A DNA stretch of 64,000 nt, taken from positions 119,283-183,282 of the forward strand of contig CAWKHF010000003.1 of the NCBI GenBank assembly GCA_963849325.1. The letters are read 5' to 3'. Source of the stretch: an uncultured Planctomycetota bacterium. GTDB taxonomy: Bacteria; Planctomycetota; Planctomycetia; Gemmatales; Gemmataceae. This document shows, in pieces, positions 33,431-43,536 of the stretch. Numbering within the stretch: position 1 is the stretch's first letter; the number at the start of each line of letters is the position of its first letter. The notes beneath the pieces are model-generated. The model saw only the letters and a program-made list of their open reading frames with translations. It did not search any database and was not told where the DNA came from. The translations under genes and the position numbers were made by a program.

Positions 33431-34507
33431 ATGAGAAGGTTGACATTGTTGGCGGCTTTCGGGCTGGCCCTGAGCATGGGGGCGGGGCCGGGACAGGCGG
33501 ACCCGCCCGAGATGACGAACCCGACGACTCCGGTCCCGCCCGCTCCGGGTCTGGGCAACCTGGTGCCGTCGTCCAGCCAGCCGGACATCAACGCGGCCTT
33601 GGCCGTCACGCCCGAATCGGGGGCGTGGATGATCTGCGCCGCCAGCTACCTGGGGCCGGACGCGCCGGAATTGGCCAACAAACTCTGTACCTATCTCCGC
33701 GAGCGTCGTTATGCGGCCTACATCTACAACCGGGGAAACGAGGAACGCAAAAAGTGGCAAGAGGAGCTGGACCGCTGGCAGCGGGAGCACCCCGGCTCCG
33801 TGCGGCGGTGGAAGCTGGCGCACCTGGAGGAAGAACAGTTGGCCGTCCTCATCGGCGGTTTCCGCGACGTGGACGCCGCCAACGCGGAGCTGAAGAAGGT
33901 CCGCAAGATGGAGCTTCCGATGCTGAAACTCCAATCGGGGAAACCCGCCTTCGATACGTTTGACGCTTACGAGCAAACGCCGGGCAAGACGGGCTATGAG
34001 TTGAAACGATACCCGGTCAACCCCTTCCACACCGCCTTTGTCACCCGCAATCCGACCATCTCGCAGCAACGGCGCACCGCCAACAAGGTCGATCCGCTGT
34101 GGAAGAAGCTCAATTCCGAAGAGCCGCGCAGCGTCTTCAAATGCCCCAAGCCGTGGACGTTGGCCGTGCAGGAATACGCCGGCGCCCAGGTGATTCAGCC
34201 GGCGACTGCTCCGAGCGGCTTCCTGGAAAAACTCGGCTTCAGCGAGCACAACCTCGGCAAACGTCTGGACGCCTCGGCCTTGCAGGCCCAGCAAGTGTGC
34301 GACCTGCTGACGAAGCTCGGTTACAAAAGCTACGTCCTGCACACGCGCAACAGCAGCGTCGTCACCGTCGGCGAATTCAACACCTCGAATGATCCGGAAT
34401 TACTGCGCATCCAGCAGCAGCTCGCCAAGTTCTCCTTCAAGGACAAGGCCGGTCATGAAGTGGTCAAGCTGTTCGCCCGCCCTCTGCCGATGGAAGTACC
34501 CCGGTGA
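33431..34507 (+). CDS. Secreted protein with two SPOR-like repeats
   Basis: Signal peptide; W.I..ASY....A..L...LR...Y.AY..Y and WTL.V..Y....A......L...GY..YV.H....S.VTVG.F. Confidence 0.6.
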   Translation: MRRLTLLAAFGLALSMGAGPGQADPPEMTNPTTPVPPAPGLGNLVPSSSQPDINAALAVTPESGAWMICAASYLGPDAPELANKLCTYLRERRYAAYIYNRGNEERKKWQEELDRWQREHPGSVRRWKLAHLEEEQLAVLIGGFRDVDAANAELKKVRKMELPMLKLQSGKPAFDTFDAYEQTPGKTGYELKRYPVNPFHTAFVTRNPTISQQRRTANKVDPLWKKLNSEEPRSVFKCPKPWTLAVQEYAGAQVIQPATAPSGFLEKLGFSEHNLGKRLDASALQAQQVCDLLTKLGYKSYVLHTRNSSVVTVGEFNTSNDPELLRIQQQLAKFSFKDKAGHEVVKLFARPLPMEVPR

Positions 34508-34519
34508 CTCTCTGCGCGG

Positions 34520-34612
34520 AAACTCGACCTCCTCGATTAGCCGCGACGCGCAGCGGAGCGCGACAGAATCGCGCTCCGTTGCGCGTCGCGGCTAATCGAG
34601 GAGGTCGAGTTT
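34520..34612. repeat. REP doublet (TTAGCCGCGACGCGCAGCGGAGCG family) with extended arms
   Basis: Long hairpin between convergent genes; same family at 45097-45151 and 54378-54443. Confidence 0.85.
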
Positions 34613-34794
34613 CGGATTTCGGGTTTCTCGCGTAGCGGGGCACACAGTTCGTTGTCCTCGTCGCCGTGGCAGCCGTGACAGAAAAGGAGATGGCCGGCCA
34701 ACAGCAGAAACCCCAGCCAGCCTCCCCAGCGCGTGAGGCGAGCTTTGTGGCGAGCGAGGGAGGGCGACGGGTTCGGCGAGGTAGCGATCGTCAT
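34537..34794 (-). CDS. Small membrane protein
   Basis: One TM segment then HGCHGDEDNELC; overlaps the upstream hydrolase stop; 3' end runs into the REP. Confidence 0.45.
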   Translation of the reverse strand: MTIATSPNPSPSLARHKARLTRWGGWLGFLLLAGHLLFCHGCHGDEDNELCAPLREKPEIRNSTSSISRDAQRSAILSRSAARRG

Positions 34795-35690
34795 TTTTTC
34801 AGCGTCTCATCGAAAAAGTCGAGCATCGCGGCGATGTTCTGGAGTAGTTTGTCGCCGCGCCAACCGTGGCCTTCTCCGGCGACCGGCAGCACCCGCGCGG
34901 CGACTCCCGCCTTCTTCAGTTTATCGGCCAGATCCTGCGATTGCTGGAACGGTACGGTACGGTCCTCCGTGCCATGCACGAACAGGATCGGGGCGGCGTG
35001 CTTGCCGGCGTAGGTTATCGGCGACGCTTTCTTGTACGCCTCCGGCTTTTCCTGCGGCGTGCCCCCCAGCAGCGGAACGAGGTGGTCCGCCAACACTTCC
35101 TTGCCCCACACCGGCTGCGTCAAATCGGTCGGCCCGAAGAAACTGACGACCGCCTGCACGGCGCTGGACTGATCGGCGTTGCCGCCGTGGCCCTCCAGTC
35201 CGTCGTCCGGGCGCGTGACGCCGAGCAGACAGGCCAGATGAGCGCCAGCCGAGAAACCAACGACGCCGATCCGCCGAGGATCGACGCGATAGCGGACGGC
35301 GTTGGCCCGCAGCCAGCGAACGGCCGCCTTGCAGTCCTCGATCGGGGCCGGAAAGCGATCCTTGGGAGCGAGGCGATAATCGGGACTGACGGCGACGTAT
35401 CCTCGGCCGGCAAGGGTGAGGATGGTCTGCCTCATCTGCTGGCGATCGCCGCCGACCCAGCCGCCAGCGTGGATGCACAGCACGGCGGGAAAAGACCCTT
35501 CCCCCGCGAGGGGCATGGCCAGGTCCAGCTTCAATTTCGTGGTCCCGCCCTTGCCGAAGACCACGTCGCTTTCCAGCCGGACCTCCGGCCGGTGTTCCTG
35601 CCCGTCCGCCGAGAGCGGCACGGTCCCGCCCATCAGGACGGCGGCCAGAGAAGCGAAACGCAGCATACGCGAACCTGGACGCATCGGCAC
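34791..35690 (-). CDS. Alpha/beta hydrolase (BD-FAE/HSL-like esterase)
   Basis: HAGGW; DYRLAP; GFSAG nucleophile; HGTED; GEGHG. Confidence 0.92.
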   Translation of the reverse strand: MPMRPGSRMLRFASLAAVLMGGTVPLSADGQEHRPEVRLESDVVFGKGGTTKLKLDLAMPLAGEGSFPAVLCIHAGGWVGGDRQQMRQTILTLAGRGYVAVSPDYRLAPKDRFPAPIEDCKAAVRWLRANAVRYRVDPRRIGVVGFSAGAHLACLLGVTRPDDGLEGHGGNADQSSAVQAVVSFFGPTDLTQPVWGKEVLADHLVPLLGGTPQEKPEAYKKASPITYAGKHAAPILFVHGTEDRTVPFQQSQDLADKLKKAGVAARVLPVAGEGHGWRGDKLLQNIAAMLDFFDETLKK

Positions 35691-35815
35691 TCCTCCTTGA
35701 GCGAGGGGCGGGCTTCCATTGGCCCGTCGGCGACAAGATGGTAATATCGCCTTGACGCCGGCGAATTACAATAGAGGAGGAAGCGCGTACGCCCTTTCAC
35801 CACGAGCGGACCATC

Positions 35816-38017
35816 ATGAAGCGAACGCAATCTCCGGCCGTGGCCCTCGCCGAGCGTCTGTGTCGGCCGCAGCGCATCGGCGTCTTCGGGCATCGCGGCG
35901 TAGGGAAGACCACTTTGTTGACGATGCTCTACCGCGAGGCCGTCGGCGGACGATTGCCCGAGCTGCGCCTGGCCGCCGCCGACGCTCGCACCGCGGACTA
36001 TCTGTCCGACAAGGTACTACAGCTCGAAGCCGGGAAGCCGCTGCCGGCCACGCTGGGCGAGACCGAGCTGCGCTTCCACCTGTACTGTCGCGGTACTCGC
36101 CTCGATCTGCTCTTCAAGGATTATCAGGGCGAGCACGTCGCGCTGGGCCGTCAGGAGCCGATCCGCGACTTCCTCCGCGACTGCGACGTTGTTTGGCTCT
36201 GCCTCGACGTTCCCGTGGCGGATGCCTCCGCCGCCTGCCTGCAAGCGCAGCAGGAAGTCGAGCAGATGGTCGAGGACTACCTGGTCGCGGAGGCATCGGA
36301 CGCCCCGCCGCGTCCGATGGCGCTGGTGCTCACCAAGGCGGACCTGCTTCCGGGCGGGCTGGCGGACGATTCCGCCACAAACGAGGTCGTGCAGGATCTT
36401 GTGGACCGTCACTTCCGCATGACCCGGCACACGCTGGAGCTGCACTGTCCAGGACACGCCCATTTCGCCGTCAGCAGCCTGGGTGGCTCGATGCCGGTGG
36501 GGGCAGAATCAGCGGGATCGTTCACACCGCGTCCGGTGGGCTTGGCCGCCCCGCTGACCTGGCTGGCCGATTCCCTGCGCGCACAGGATGAGGCGCGACT
36601 GAACCAACTCTGGAACCTGGCCGGCCGCGACGTGCGTCTCCTCGAACGCTGCGTGGCGGCGTTCGCCCGTCGCTATCCCGGCACTCCCGCCGCTGCGACC
36701 TTCCAGCGCCGTCTGCGCGCCTTGCGACGACAGCGCCTGCGGCGACGGACTTTCGCCGCTGCTCTGACGGCGGCCTGTCTGTTGCTGTCGGCGTGGACCT
36801 ACGATGCCTGGGGCGAACAGCGCGCCGCCCGCTTCGCCGCCGACAACGCCGACGATCCCGTGGCCGTGCGGTACCATTGGCTCTCCTATCAATCCTGGCA
36901 CCCCACGCGCCATCTCCTCCGTCCAGCCGCCGCGCGGGCAGAACAGCAGCGCTTGCGGGAGCTGGACGAACGCATCCACGCCAGGCAGTACGAGGAGAGC
37001 CTGACGGAACTCCGCCGTCGCGCCGCCGACCCCGACGCCGATGTGGAGGCGGTGTGGCAGCAGTTGCAGACCTTCCACCGCGACTTCCCGGAGCACAACG
37101 TTGACAGCGAATGGCAGCAGTTCCGCGCCACCCTCAAGGAGCGCCGCGATGCCGAGCGCGAGCGCCGCGCCGAATTGGCGTTCGCCGAGTTGGAGCGAAC
37201 CGGAGAACAAAGCGATCTCTCCGCCCGCATCGATCGGGCTGACCACTTCCTCCATGACTTCGCTGGGACCGCCCACGAGTCGGAGGTACGCCGTCGCCGC
37301 GCCGCCTGCCTGTTGCGCCTCGATGAACGCGACGTGGAATCGGCGCGCGCTTACTCGGCCGGCCAACCGCTCAACTTCCAGACGCGGCGCCAGCGCTATC
37401 AGCGTTACCTCGAACGTCATCCCGATGGTGCGTTCGTCAAGGAAGCGAACGAGGCGCTGAAGAACATCGACGCCGATTGGGACCGGCACGACTTTCGGGC
37501 CGTGCGCGATCATTTCCAGGCACATCCCGGCGACGTGAAGGAACTTCAGGTGCTATGCCGCAGTTATCTCGCCGTCCATCCGCACGGCCGCTTCCGCGAC
37601 GCCGCCCACGATCTGCTGCGCTGGACCGAGCGCGTTACCCAACCGGGCGAATATCGCGTCGTCCTCAAAGGCGGCAGCTTCGATCGCAAGGTCGCCCATT
37701 TCTTCAGCCGCGGGCCGTCGCTGTCGGTGGAAATCGAGGTCAACGGCGTCCGCTATGGGCCGAGCAACATCGTGGCGCGCAATTATCAACCGGAGTGGAA
37801 CTACGAATTCCCGCGCCGTGTGCGCTGGAAGCTCGGCGATCGCGTGCGCATCCTCGTCACCGACAATTACTACTGGGACCGCCGCGTGGCCGATCTTTCC
37901 TCCGACGACAACGACCCGCTGGCGATACGCATGCTCGGCGGCGAGGTGAATACGGGCAAGAACAGCCTAATGTTCGAGTCGGACTTCATCATGCCGGCGA
38001 TGCCGAAGATTGAGTAA
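35816..38017 (+). CDS. Membrane-anchored TRAFAC GTPase (DO-GTPase-like) with helical repeats and C-terminal C2-like beta domain
   Basis: G1 GHRGVGKT, G2 PAT, G3 DYQGE, G4 TKAD, G5 VSSLG; RRQRLRRR + TM; repeated YL..HP.G.F motifs. Confidence 0.8.
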   Translation: MKRTQSPAVALAERLCRPQRIGVFGHRGVGKTTLLTMLYREAVGGRLPELRLAAADARTADYLSDKVLQLEAGKPLPATLGETELRFHLYCRGTRLDLLFKDYQGEHVALGRQEPIRDFLRDCDVVWLCLDVPVADASAACLQAQQEVEQMVEDYLVAEASDAPPRPMALVLTKADLLPGGLADDSATNEVVQDLVDRHFRMTRHTLELHCPGHAHFAVSSLGGSMPVGAESAGSFTPRPVGLAAPLTWLADSLRAQDEARLNQLWNLAGRDVRLLERCVAAFARRYPGTPAAATFQRRLRALRRQRLRRRTFAAALTAACLLLSAWTYDAWGEQRAARFAADNADDPVAVRYHWLSYQSWHPTRHLLRPAAARAEQQRLRELDERIHARQYEESLTELRRRAADPDADVEAVWQQLQTFHRDFPEHNVDSEWQQFRATLKERRDAERERRAELAFAELERTGEQSDLSARIDRADHFLHDFAGTAHESEVRRRRAACLLRLDERDVESARAYSAGQPLNFQTRRQRYQRYLERHPDGAFVKEANEALKNIDADWDRHDFRAVRDHFQAHPGDVKELQVLCRSYLAVHPHGRFRDAAHDLLRWTERVTQPGEYRVVLKGGSFDRKVAHFFSRGPSLSVEIEVNGVRYGPSNIVARNYQPEWNYEFPRRVRWKLGDRVRILVTDNYYWDRRVADLSSDDNDPLAIRMLGGEVNTGKNSLMFESDFIMPAMPKIE

Positions 38018-38070
38018 TGTCCTGAGCCGAAGGCGTTGGAGGTCGTCTCTGGAAGATAGGAGAACCGGCT

Positions 38071-38430
38071 ATGCCCTTAACGATACAGCCCGAACCCGTT
38101 TCTCTCCGCATGGACGAATGCGGGGTCATCCGCGTGGGAGACTCCCAGGTCGTACTCGACATCGTGATCCGCGCTTTTAATAACGGTGCCGACCCGGAGA
38201 GCATTGTCCACGGCTATCCCACGCTGAACCTCGCTGACGTGTACGCCGCGATCGCCTACTATCTCCGGCACCGGAAAGAAGTGGACGAGTACCTTCAGGC
38301 ACGCCGAGAGGAGGCGGAGCAGCTGCGGGAGGTGATCGAGGCGAAGCAGCCGGATCGGCCCGAGTTGCGAGCGAAGTTGCTGGCCCGGAAGGCGCAGATG
38401 GAACGAGAACATGCTTCCTCTGGCAACTGA
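38071..38430 (+). CDS. DUF433 antitoxin-like protein
   Basis: IRVGDSQV.LD......NGA.PE.I...YPTL.LADVYAAIAYY. Confidence 0.9.
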   Translation: MPLTIQPEPVSLRMDECGVIRVGDSQVVLDIVIRAFNNGADPESIVHGYPTLNLADVYAAIAYYLRHRKEVDEYLQARREEAEQLREVIEAKQPDRPELRAKLLARKAQMEREHASSGN

Positions 38431-38761
38431 TGAGGACGTGCATGATAACATCATCCGAGGGCTGCGCCGCCGTGAGCCGGCCCTGGATATTGTCCGAGTT
38501 GTGGACGTTGGCCTGGGTCATACGCCTGACCCGCTCATTCTGGAATGGGCGGCTGGAGAGGGGCGGATACTCGTCACCGGGGATCTAAACTCGATGGTCG
38601 GGTTCGCATGGGGCCGGGTGCAAGCGGGGCTGCTCATGCCAGGGGTGCTGGCCTTGAAGGAAAACATTGGTATCGGCAGAGTGATTGACGACATCCTCCT
38701 CGTGGCGCAATGCTACACACCAGAAGAGATGAAAGACGATGTCTTGTACATCCCCTTATGA
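38411..38761 (+). CDS. DUF5615 PIN-like toxin
   Basis: LATDEDV; PDP.ILEWAA.EGRILVT.D; overlaps DUF433 gene. Confidence 0.9.
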   Translation: MLPLATDEDVHDNIIRGLRRREPALDIVRVVDVGLGHTPDPLILEWAAGEGRILVTGDLNSMVGFAWGRVQAGLLMPGVLALKENIGIGRVIDDILLVAQCYTPEEMKDDVLYIPL

Positions 38762-38827
38762 CTCGGATGGACGGGAGGTAATCCCGAGTCAACTGCCGGG
38801 TCAAGCGTGTTAAGGGGAAAGAGGGAA

Positions 38828-38875
38828 GAAGGTGCCAGGAACCTTTAAGATCGTAAAAGTTTCCTGAATCCCTTC
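38828..38875. repeat. Degenerate inverted repeat / bidirectional terminator-like
   Basis: gaaggtgccaggaaccttt ... aaagtttcctgaatcccttc between convergent genes. Confidence 0.5.
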
Positions 38876-38876
38876 C

Positions 38877-39694
38877 TCACCCGAGCCGTGCTCCGCAATC
38901 TCGGCAGTGCCACTCCGTTTCGGTCATCAGCAAGCCAACCCAGAACAACGGGAAGAAAAAGACCAGCAGCAGGGCGAAGGTGATCCAGCCGGCTTGCGAG
39001 ATTTGCGTCCGCGCGTAGGGCGACTCGGTGCTCCCGCAACGATCGCATTCGACGGGGCGGGGTCGTTTCTTCGGCTTGCGGCCGTGTGCGTGATGATGAT
39101 GGTCGCGGTAGCAGCCGGCCGAGCAAAAGAGCGATCCACAATCGGGACAGGTCTGGACGCGCGGACGCCGGGTGATGTCTGCGCCGCACTCCAGGCAGCT
39201 TTCTCGCCGGGCCACGGGCGCCGCCTCCACAACCGGCGGCGTCTCTTCCACCAGTTCGACTTTGAGCGTGGGGACAGGGGCGCTGCCGGCAGGGATGGTT
39301 GCGGCGTTCGGCCCACCGTCGCAGCTGGATCCTCCGTGGCCAGGATCGTTTTGTTGAGGGCCGGGGCTGGGAGAGGCGTGGACGACTGAGGAATTTGCAG
39401 GCGTTGATTGCAATCGGGGCAATTCAATTTCTGACCGGCGAAACTGGCCGGTGATTCCAGCGACTTCTTGCAGCGCGGACAGCTGTAGCGAATCATTGCC
39501 TCCGGCTGGGCCAGGATGGTCCGATTGACAGCGGCGGGAGCGTTGGCCGCGGAGCGCGCCAGCAAAGGCGAGGCAGCCGCTGGCTTGATGGGGAAGACCG
39601 AGAAACAGGCGGAGCAGCGCATGTCGGGTCCAGAGGCGGATTCCGGCGTCTGGCATTGCTGTCCGCACATCGGGCAAGTGATGTTGGCGACCAT
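38877..39694 (-). CDS. Multi-Zn-finger protein with C-terminal LITAF-like domain (frameshift near 39300)
   Basis: CPMC..CSAC; CPRC..CPDC; CLEC..CPDC..CSAGC..DH; then CDRC-hydrophobic segment-HCRDC. Confidence 0.75.
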
Positions 39695-39721
39695 GAATGG
39701 GTTCCTATCGGGGCAAGGCGA

Positions 39722-40362
39722 TTAACGATGGTGCTGGGGATGAGCGTGATAGCAATGATCGCGGTAGCAGCGGGCCGAGCAGAAGAGCGACCCACAATCG
39801 GGGCAGGTCTGAACGCGCGGCCGCTGAGTGACCTCGACGCCGCACTCCAGGCAATACTCCCGTCGCACGGGAGCGGCCGGCGCAGGAAACGATGCCGGGA
39901 GCGCCGTAAGGATCGGCTCTTCCTCGGCCGGCGGACGAGGAGCGGTGCGCACGGGCGAGACAGGGACGGCGGCGCGGGCGCCTCCTCCTTGGCGAGAATG
40001 GTTTGGTTGTCCGACGGCGAAGGCGTGGAGGAAGCCTGCGGAATTTGCAGCCGCTGGCCGCAGTCAGGGCAGTTGATCTTGTGGCCGGCCTGGTCCGCTG
40101 GTGATTCCAGAGGTTTCTGGCAGCGAGCGCAGCGATAATGGATGCGTGGTGCCGGCTGAATCGAAGCGGGACGGGCTTGCGGCCTCTCCTGGACGGTGGA
40201 TGTCTTTTCCGACGCCAACGGTCGGGCTGTCAACGAGGGCGGCGATACGGACCCGCATTGAAACGCCTGAGTACACGCGGGGCACACCACCTGCTGTCCT
40301 AACGAGCGTTCCGGTACGCGGAAGCGGTGTCCGCATGCCGGACAGGCGATGTTCATGAACAT
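39722..40362 (-). CDS. Multi-Zn-finger protein, paralog of the downstream gene (frameshift near 39950)
   Basis: CPAC..CPAC; CARC..CPDC; CLEC..RPRVQTCPDCGSLFCSARCYRDH. Confidence 0.75.
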
Positions 40363-40548
40363 GGATAAGCTCTCCACAAGCCGAAAGGAACGAGCAGGAG
40401 TCGGACGTTATACTACCTTGGAAGCGGGGTCGAAGACAGCAAAAATCCATTCGATTCCTCACCGAGAGGAGCGATCCCCGCTGGACATCAATAGCGACGC
40501 GGCAGATCTGTCTTGGCGCTATCGGTGGAGGAGAGGTTAAATCCTTTC

Positions 40549-41790
40549 ATGATCGAACAGGCGATTTACGGAGGGCAGGATACGGGCGGTTATCGCTTCC
40601 TGGCTCGCTCTCCTGGCTTCCGCGACGATTGGCTGGCGGAGGCGGAGCGCGTGTGTACCGGCTTCGGCGAGCGGCCGGCCGGTGTCGCCTGTCCGGCCTG
40701 CGTCTTCGCGCGGCCGTTCGGCCGGCGTCACGTCGCCATCGTCCAGGTTGCCGACCAGGGACAGGACGATACCGGCCGTCCCGGCGCCCTTGCCTTTTAT
40801 CTGCTGATTCTCCCGCGCAACTGTATCTCGACCTCGGCGGTGATCCGTTTTCCATCGCCGAGTCGTTTCCGCCGCCGTGGCAAGCGCGGGGCGATCTGCC
40901 GTCGCTGACCTGGACCGCCGGAGCAGCGCCGTCGCGGACCGTGGAGATGCTCCAGAAAATCCTCAATGTCCCGTACAGCCCAACCTTGCTGGGCGGCGTG
41001 CAGATCCTGCTCGACGGCGGCCGGCTCGTTTTGGAGCGCTCGGGTCCGGATGCCGGGATTCTTGCGCAGTCTGTGGGCGCTTTTGCCGACCAGTGAGCGC
41101 AGCCGACTGTGGCCGGCCAGCTTCGCCTTCAGCAATGCCCATCATTTCGACGCCCTCGTCGTGCCGCGCGCCGCCGGACCCGATTACGAGAACTACGTCA
41201 CCGAAGAGAAGGCCGGCGATTATCCCGAAGGCCGCTACGAGTGCAACCTGCAAAGCGCCATCGAAACCGGCGATCAGCGCGAGATCGACGCTCTCTTGAA
41301 CCACAGCCGTTCGCGCATGCTTCGTCTCATCGTTCTCCTCTCGTTCCTGGTGATCGGGCTTTCGATCGCCATGTCGGTGCTGCTTCCGGGTCCGCAGCCG
41401 GCTCGCCGCCCCGCGGCCACGGCCAAAGCGCGACCCTCTCTCGAACTGCCTCCACCAGAGGAATGCCGGAGTCTCGATGTTCCCGAACGAACGCAACTAG
41501 CGCTGCGCCTGCACGAACTCGGTAAGCGGCTAAAGGTCGATCTGCCGCAGGGTATTTCCGATGAAACCCTGGCCGCCGACCTGGCCGTCCTCGATAAGCG
41601 CCTGGGCACGCCCGACCCGAGGCGCGATCCTGGATCGCTGCGCGATTATGGACCCTTGCAACGGCAGTTGCGCGCCCTTCTGTGGAAGCACGCCGTCGCC
41701 GACTACAACGACCGCCGTCTCAACATGCTCGAACTGCTCGAACGACTCGAGCAGCGGCTGGAGGAAGAACGGAAGTCCGGGAAGGGATAG
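40549..41790 (+). CDS. GTPase-associated protein 1-like (GAP1-N2 + GAP1-M-like + TM); frameshifts near 40820 and 41060
   Basis: IEQAIYG....GY..LARSPG; G.DDTGRPG..AF..L; LWALLP...R..L...SFAFS; one TM near the C-terminus. Confidence 0.65.
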
Positions 41791-41815
41791 AGGCAGCGCG
41801 GGCGCCTCGGCCGTC

Positions 41816-42634
41816 TTACGGTTGTCGAGCAGGGAAGAGGGGGAAATGGCCCTGGTAAGCGAGCAGGCGGACGTCGTGTTCCAGACTTTCCAGGCCGTCG
41901 TGTCCCGCCTGATAATCGAGCAAGCGCTGGAGCTTCACCTGCGCCGTCGCTTCGCCTGGTCCCTCCTGTCCGGGCGCGTGCCCCCAGACCACGCGCACAC
42001 CCGGCTTGCAGAAGACAATTTCGCCCTGGACGATCTCCAGATCGCAGTCGTTCAGCCGCAGCCGGGAGAGGTGGGGCTTGAGAAACGCGGCGCTCGCCGC
42101 CGCCGCGGTCACGCAAGGGTCGCCCCATCGGCTCCCCGGAGGTCCGACAGGGTCCGCGACTTTCGAGATCAACACCGGCACATTCGAGCGCACCGCGGCC
42201 ACCGGCAGAAGAACGCCGTTGCTGTCCACGGCCCGAGCAGGCGATAAGCCAACGACCAGGACCGGGTTTCGATACGCCAAATCGACGTGGATCTTCGAGC
42301 CAGGACCGCGTACATCGACGCGGCGCACCGACTCGACCCAGGGATGAGCGGCAAACGCTCGGGCCAGCCGGGCCGTCACGTCTTCATCGAGCAGGTGCAG
42401 GTGGTCGGGCAGTCGGCAGAGGGATTGCACTTCGCCGAGGAAGTCGCGGCGCGACGTTCCTTCCGGCGGCGCGCACTCCAGATCGGTGAAGGTGATCGTA
42501 TAGGCGTCGCGGTCATGCAGGGCGGTGCGCGTCGCCCGCCCCAGGGCCACGATACCGAGCAGGAGGGCCATCGCGCACAGGATCGGCGTCAGGATCGGCA
42601 CGATCCACTTCCGATGCTCAACGCCTTTCGGCAT
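41816..42634 (-). CDS. FtsQ/DivIB-like protein
   Basis: Single N-terminal TM; F..HPWVESVRRV; YR.PV; AVD..GVLLP; directly downstream of murB. Confidence 0.6.
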   Translation of the reverse strand: MPKGVEHRKWIVPILTPILCAMALLLGIVALGRATRTALHDRDAYTITFTDLECAPPEGTSRRDFLGEVQSLCRLPDHLHLLDEDVTARLARAFAAHPWVESVRRVDVRGPGSKIHVDLAYRNPVLVVGLSPARAVDSNGVLLPVAAVRSNVPVLISKVADPVGPPGSRWGDPCVTAAAASAAFLKPHLSRLRLNDCDLEIVQGEIVFCKPGVRVVWGHAPGQEGPGEATAQVKLQRLLDYQAGHDGLESLEHDVRLLAYQGHFPLFPARQP

Positions 42635-42657
42635 CACGGAATTCGGCACGACGGCCC

Positions 42658-43536
42658 TCACCACACGGTGATCTCCTGTTCCAGCATGACATTGAACCGC
42701 TCGTGGACGCGACTGCGCACCAGGTCGATCAGGCGCAGCACGTCGCGGCTGTTGGCGCCAGGGTGGACGATGAAATAATTGGCATCGCGGTCGCTGACTT
42801 CGGCGCCGCCGACGCGCGTGCGTGCCAGTCCCGTCTGTTCGATCAGGGCCGCGGCACTGAGGCCGCGCGGATCCTTGAAGATGCGCGCGGCGGCCTGAAA
42901 GCTGAGCGGCTGCGACGCCTTGCGCGCGATCCACGCCTTGCGCATGCGCTTGACGATGGCGTCGGCGCTGTCGTTCTCCAGCTTGAACTCCGCCGTCAGC
43001 AGGACCGGATCGTCGAGGTTGCTGGCGTGCTCGCCGAAGCGCAGCTCATCGCGGTCGCGCACCTGCGTGACGCCGCCGCTGTCCATGACCTCGACCTGGC
43101 GGACGAACTGGCCGATGTCGCCATAGCGGTCGCCGGCGTTGCAGCGCAGGGCGCCGCCGACGGAGCCGGGAATGCCGACCAGCGTCTCGAAGCCGGCCAG
43201 GCCGTGCCGGGCCGCCTGCGAGATCAGGGCCGACACCGCCGTCCCGGTCCCCGCACGTACCCGGTTGCCCTCCACGGTGATCTGGGTGAACGCCGGCTCG
43301 CTCAAGCGCAGCACGGTGCCGGGCACACCCTCGTCGCGCACCAGCATGTTACAACCGCTGCCGAGCACGCGCAGCGGAATACGCTCGGCGAAGCAGTGGC
43401 GCACGAAGCGCGAGAGTTCCTCGCGCGAACGCGGCTGCACCAGCATCTCGGCTGGCCCACCGATTTTCAGATGCAGGTAGGGGGCCAGCGGCTCATTCCG
43501 CTTGATGATGTCGGCAAAATCGTCGAGGCCGGCCAT
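42658..43536 (-). CDS. murB: UDP-N-acetylmuramate dehydrogenase
   Basis: KIGGPA; LGSGCN.LV.D.G; GIPGSVGGA..NAG; HAN-like DANYF; LEQEI. Confidence 0.93.
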   Translation of the reverse strand: MAGLDDFADIIKRNEPLAPYLHLKIGGPAEMLVQPRSREELSRFVRHCFAERIPLRVLGSGCNMLVRDEGVPGTVLRLSEPAFTQITVEGNRVRAGTGTAVSALISQAARHGLAGFETLVGIPGSVGGALRCNAGDRYGDIGQFVRQVEVMDSGGVTQVRDRDELRFGEHASNLDDPVLLTAEFKLENDSADAIVKRMRKAWIARKASQPLSFQAAARIFKDPRGLSAAALIEQTGLARTRVGGAEVSDRDANYFIVHPGANSRDVLRLIDLVRSRVHERFNVMLEQEITVW

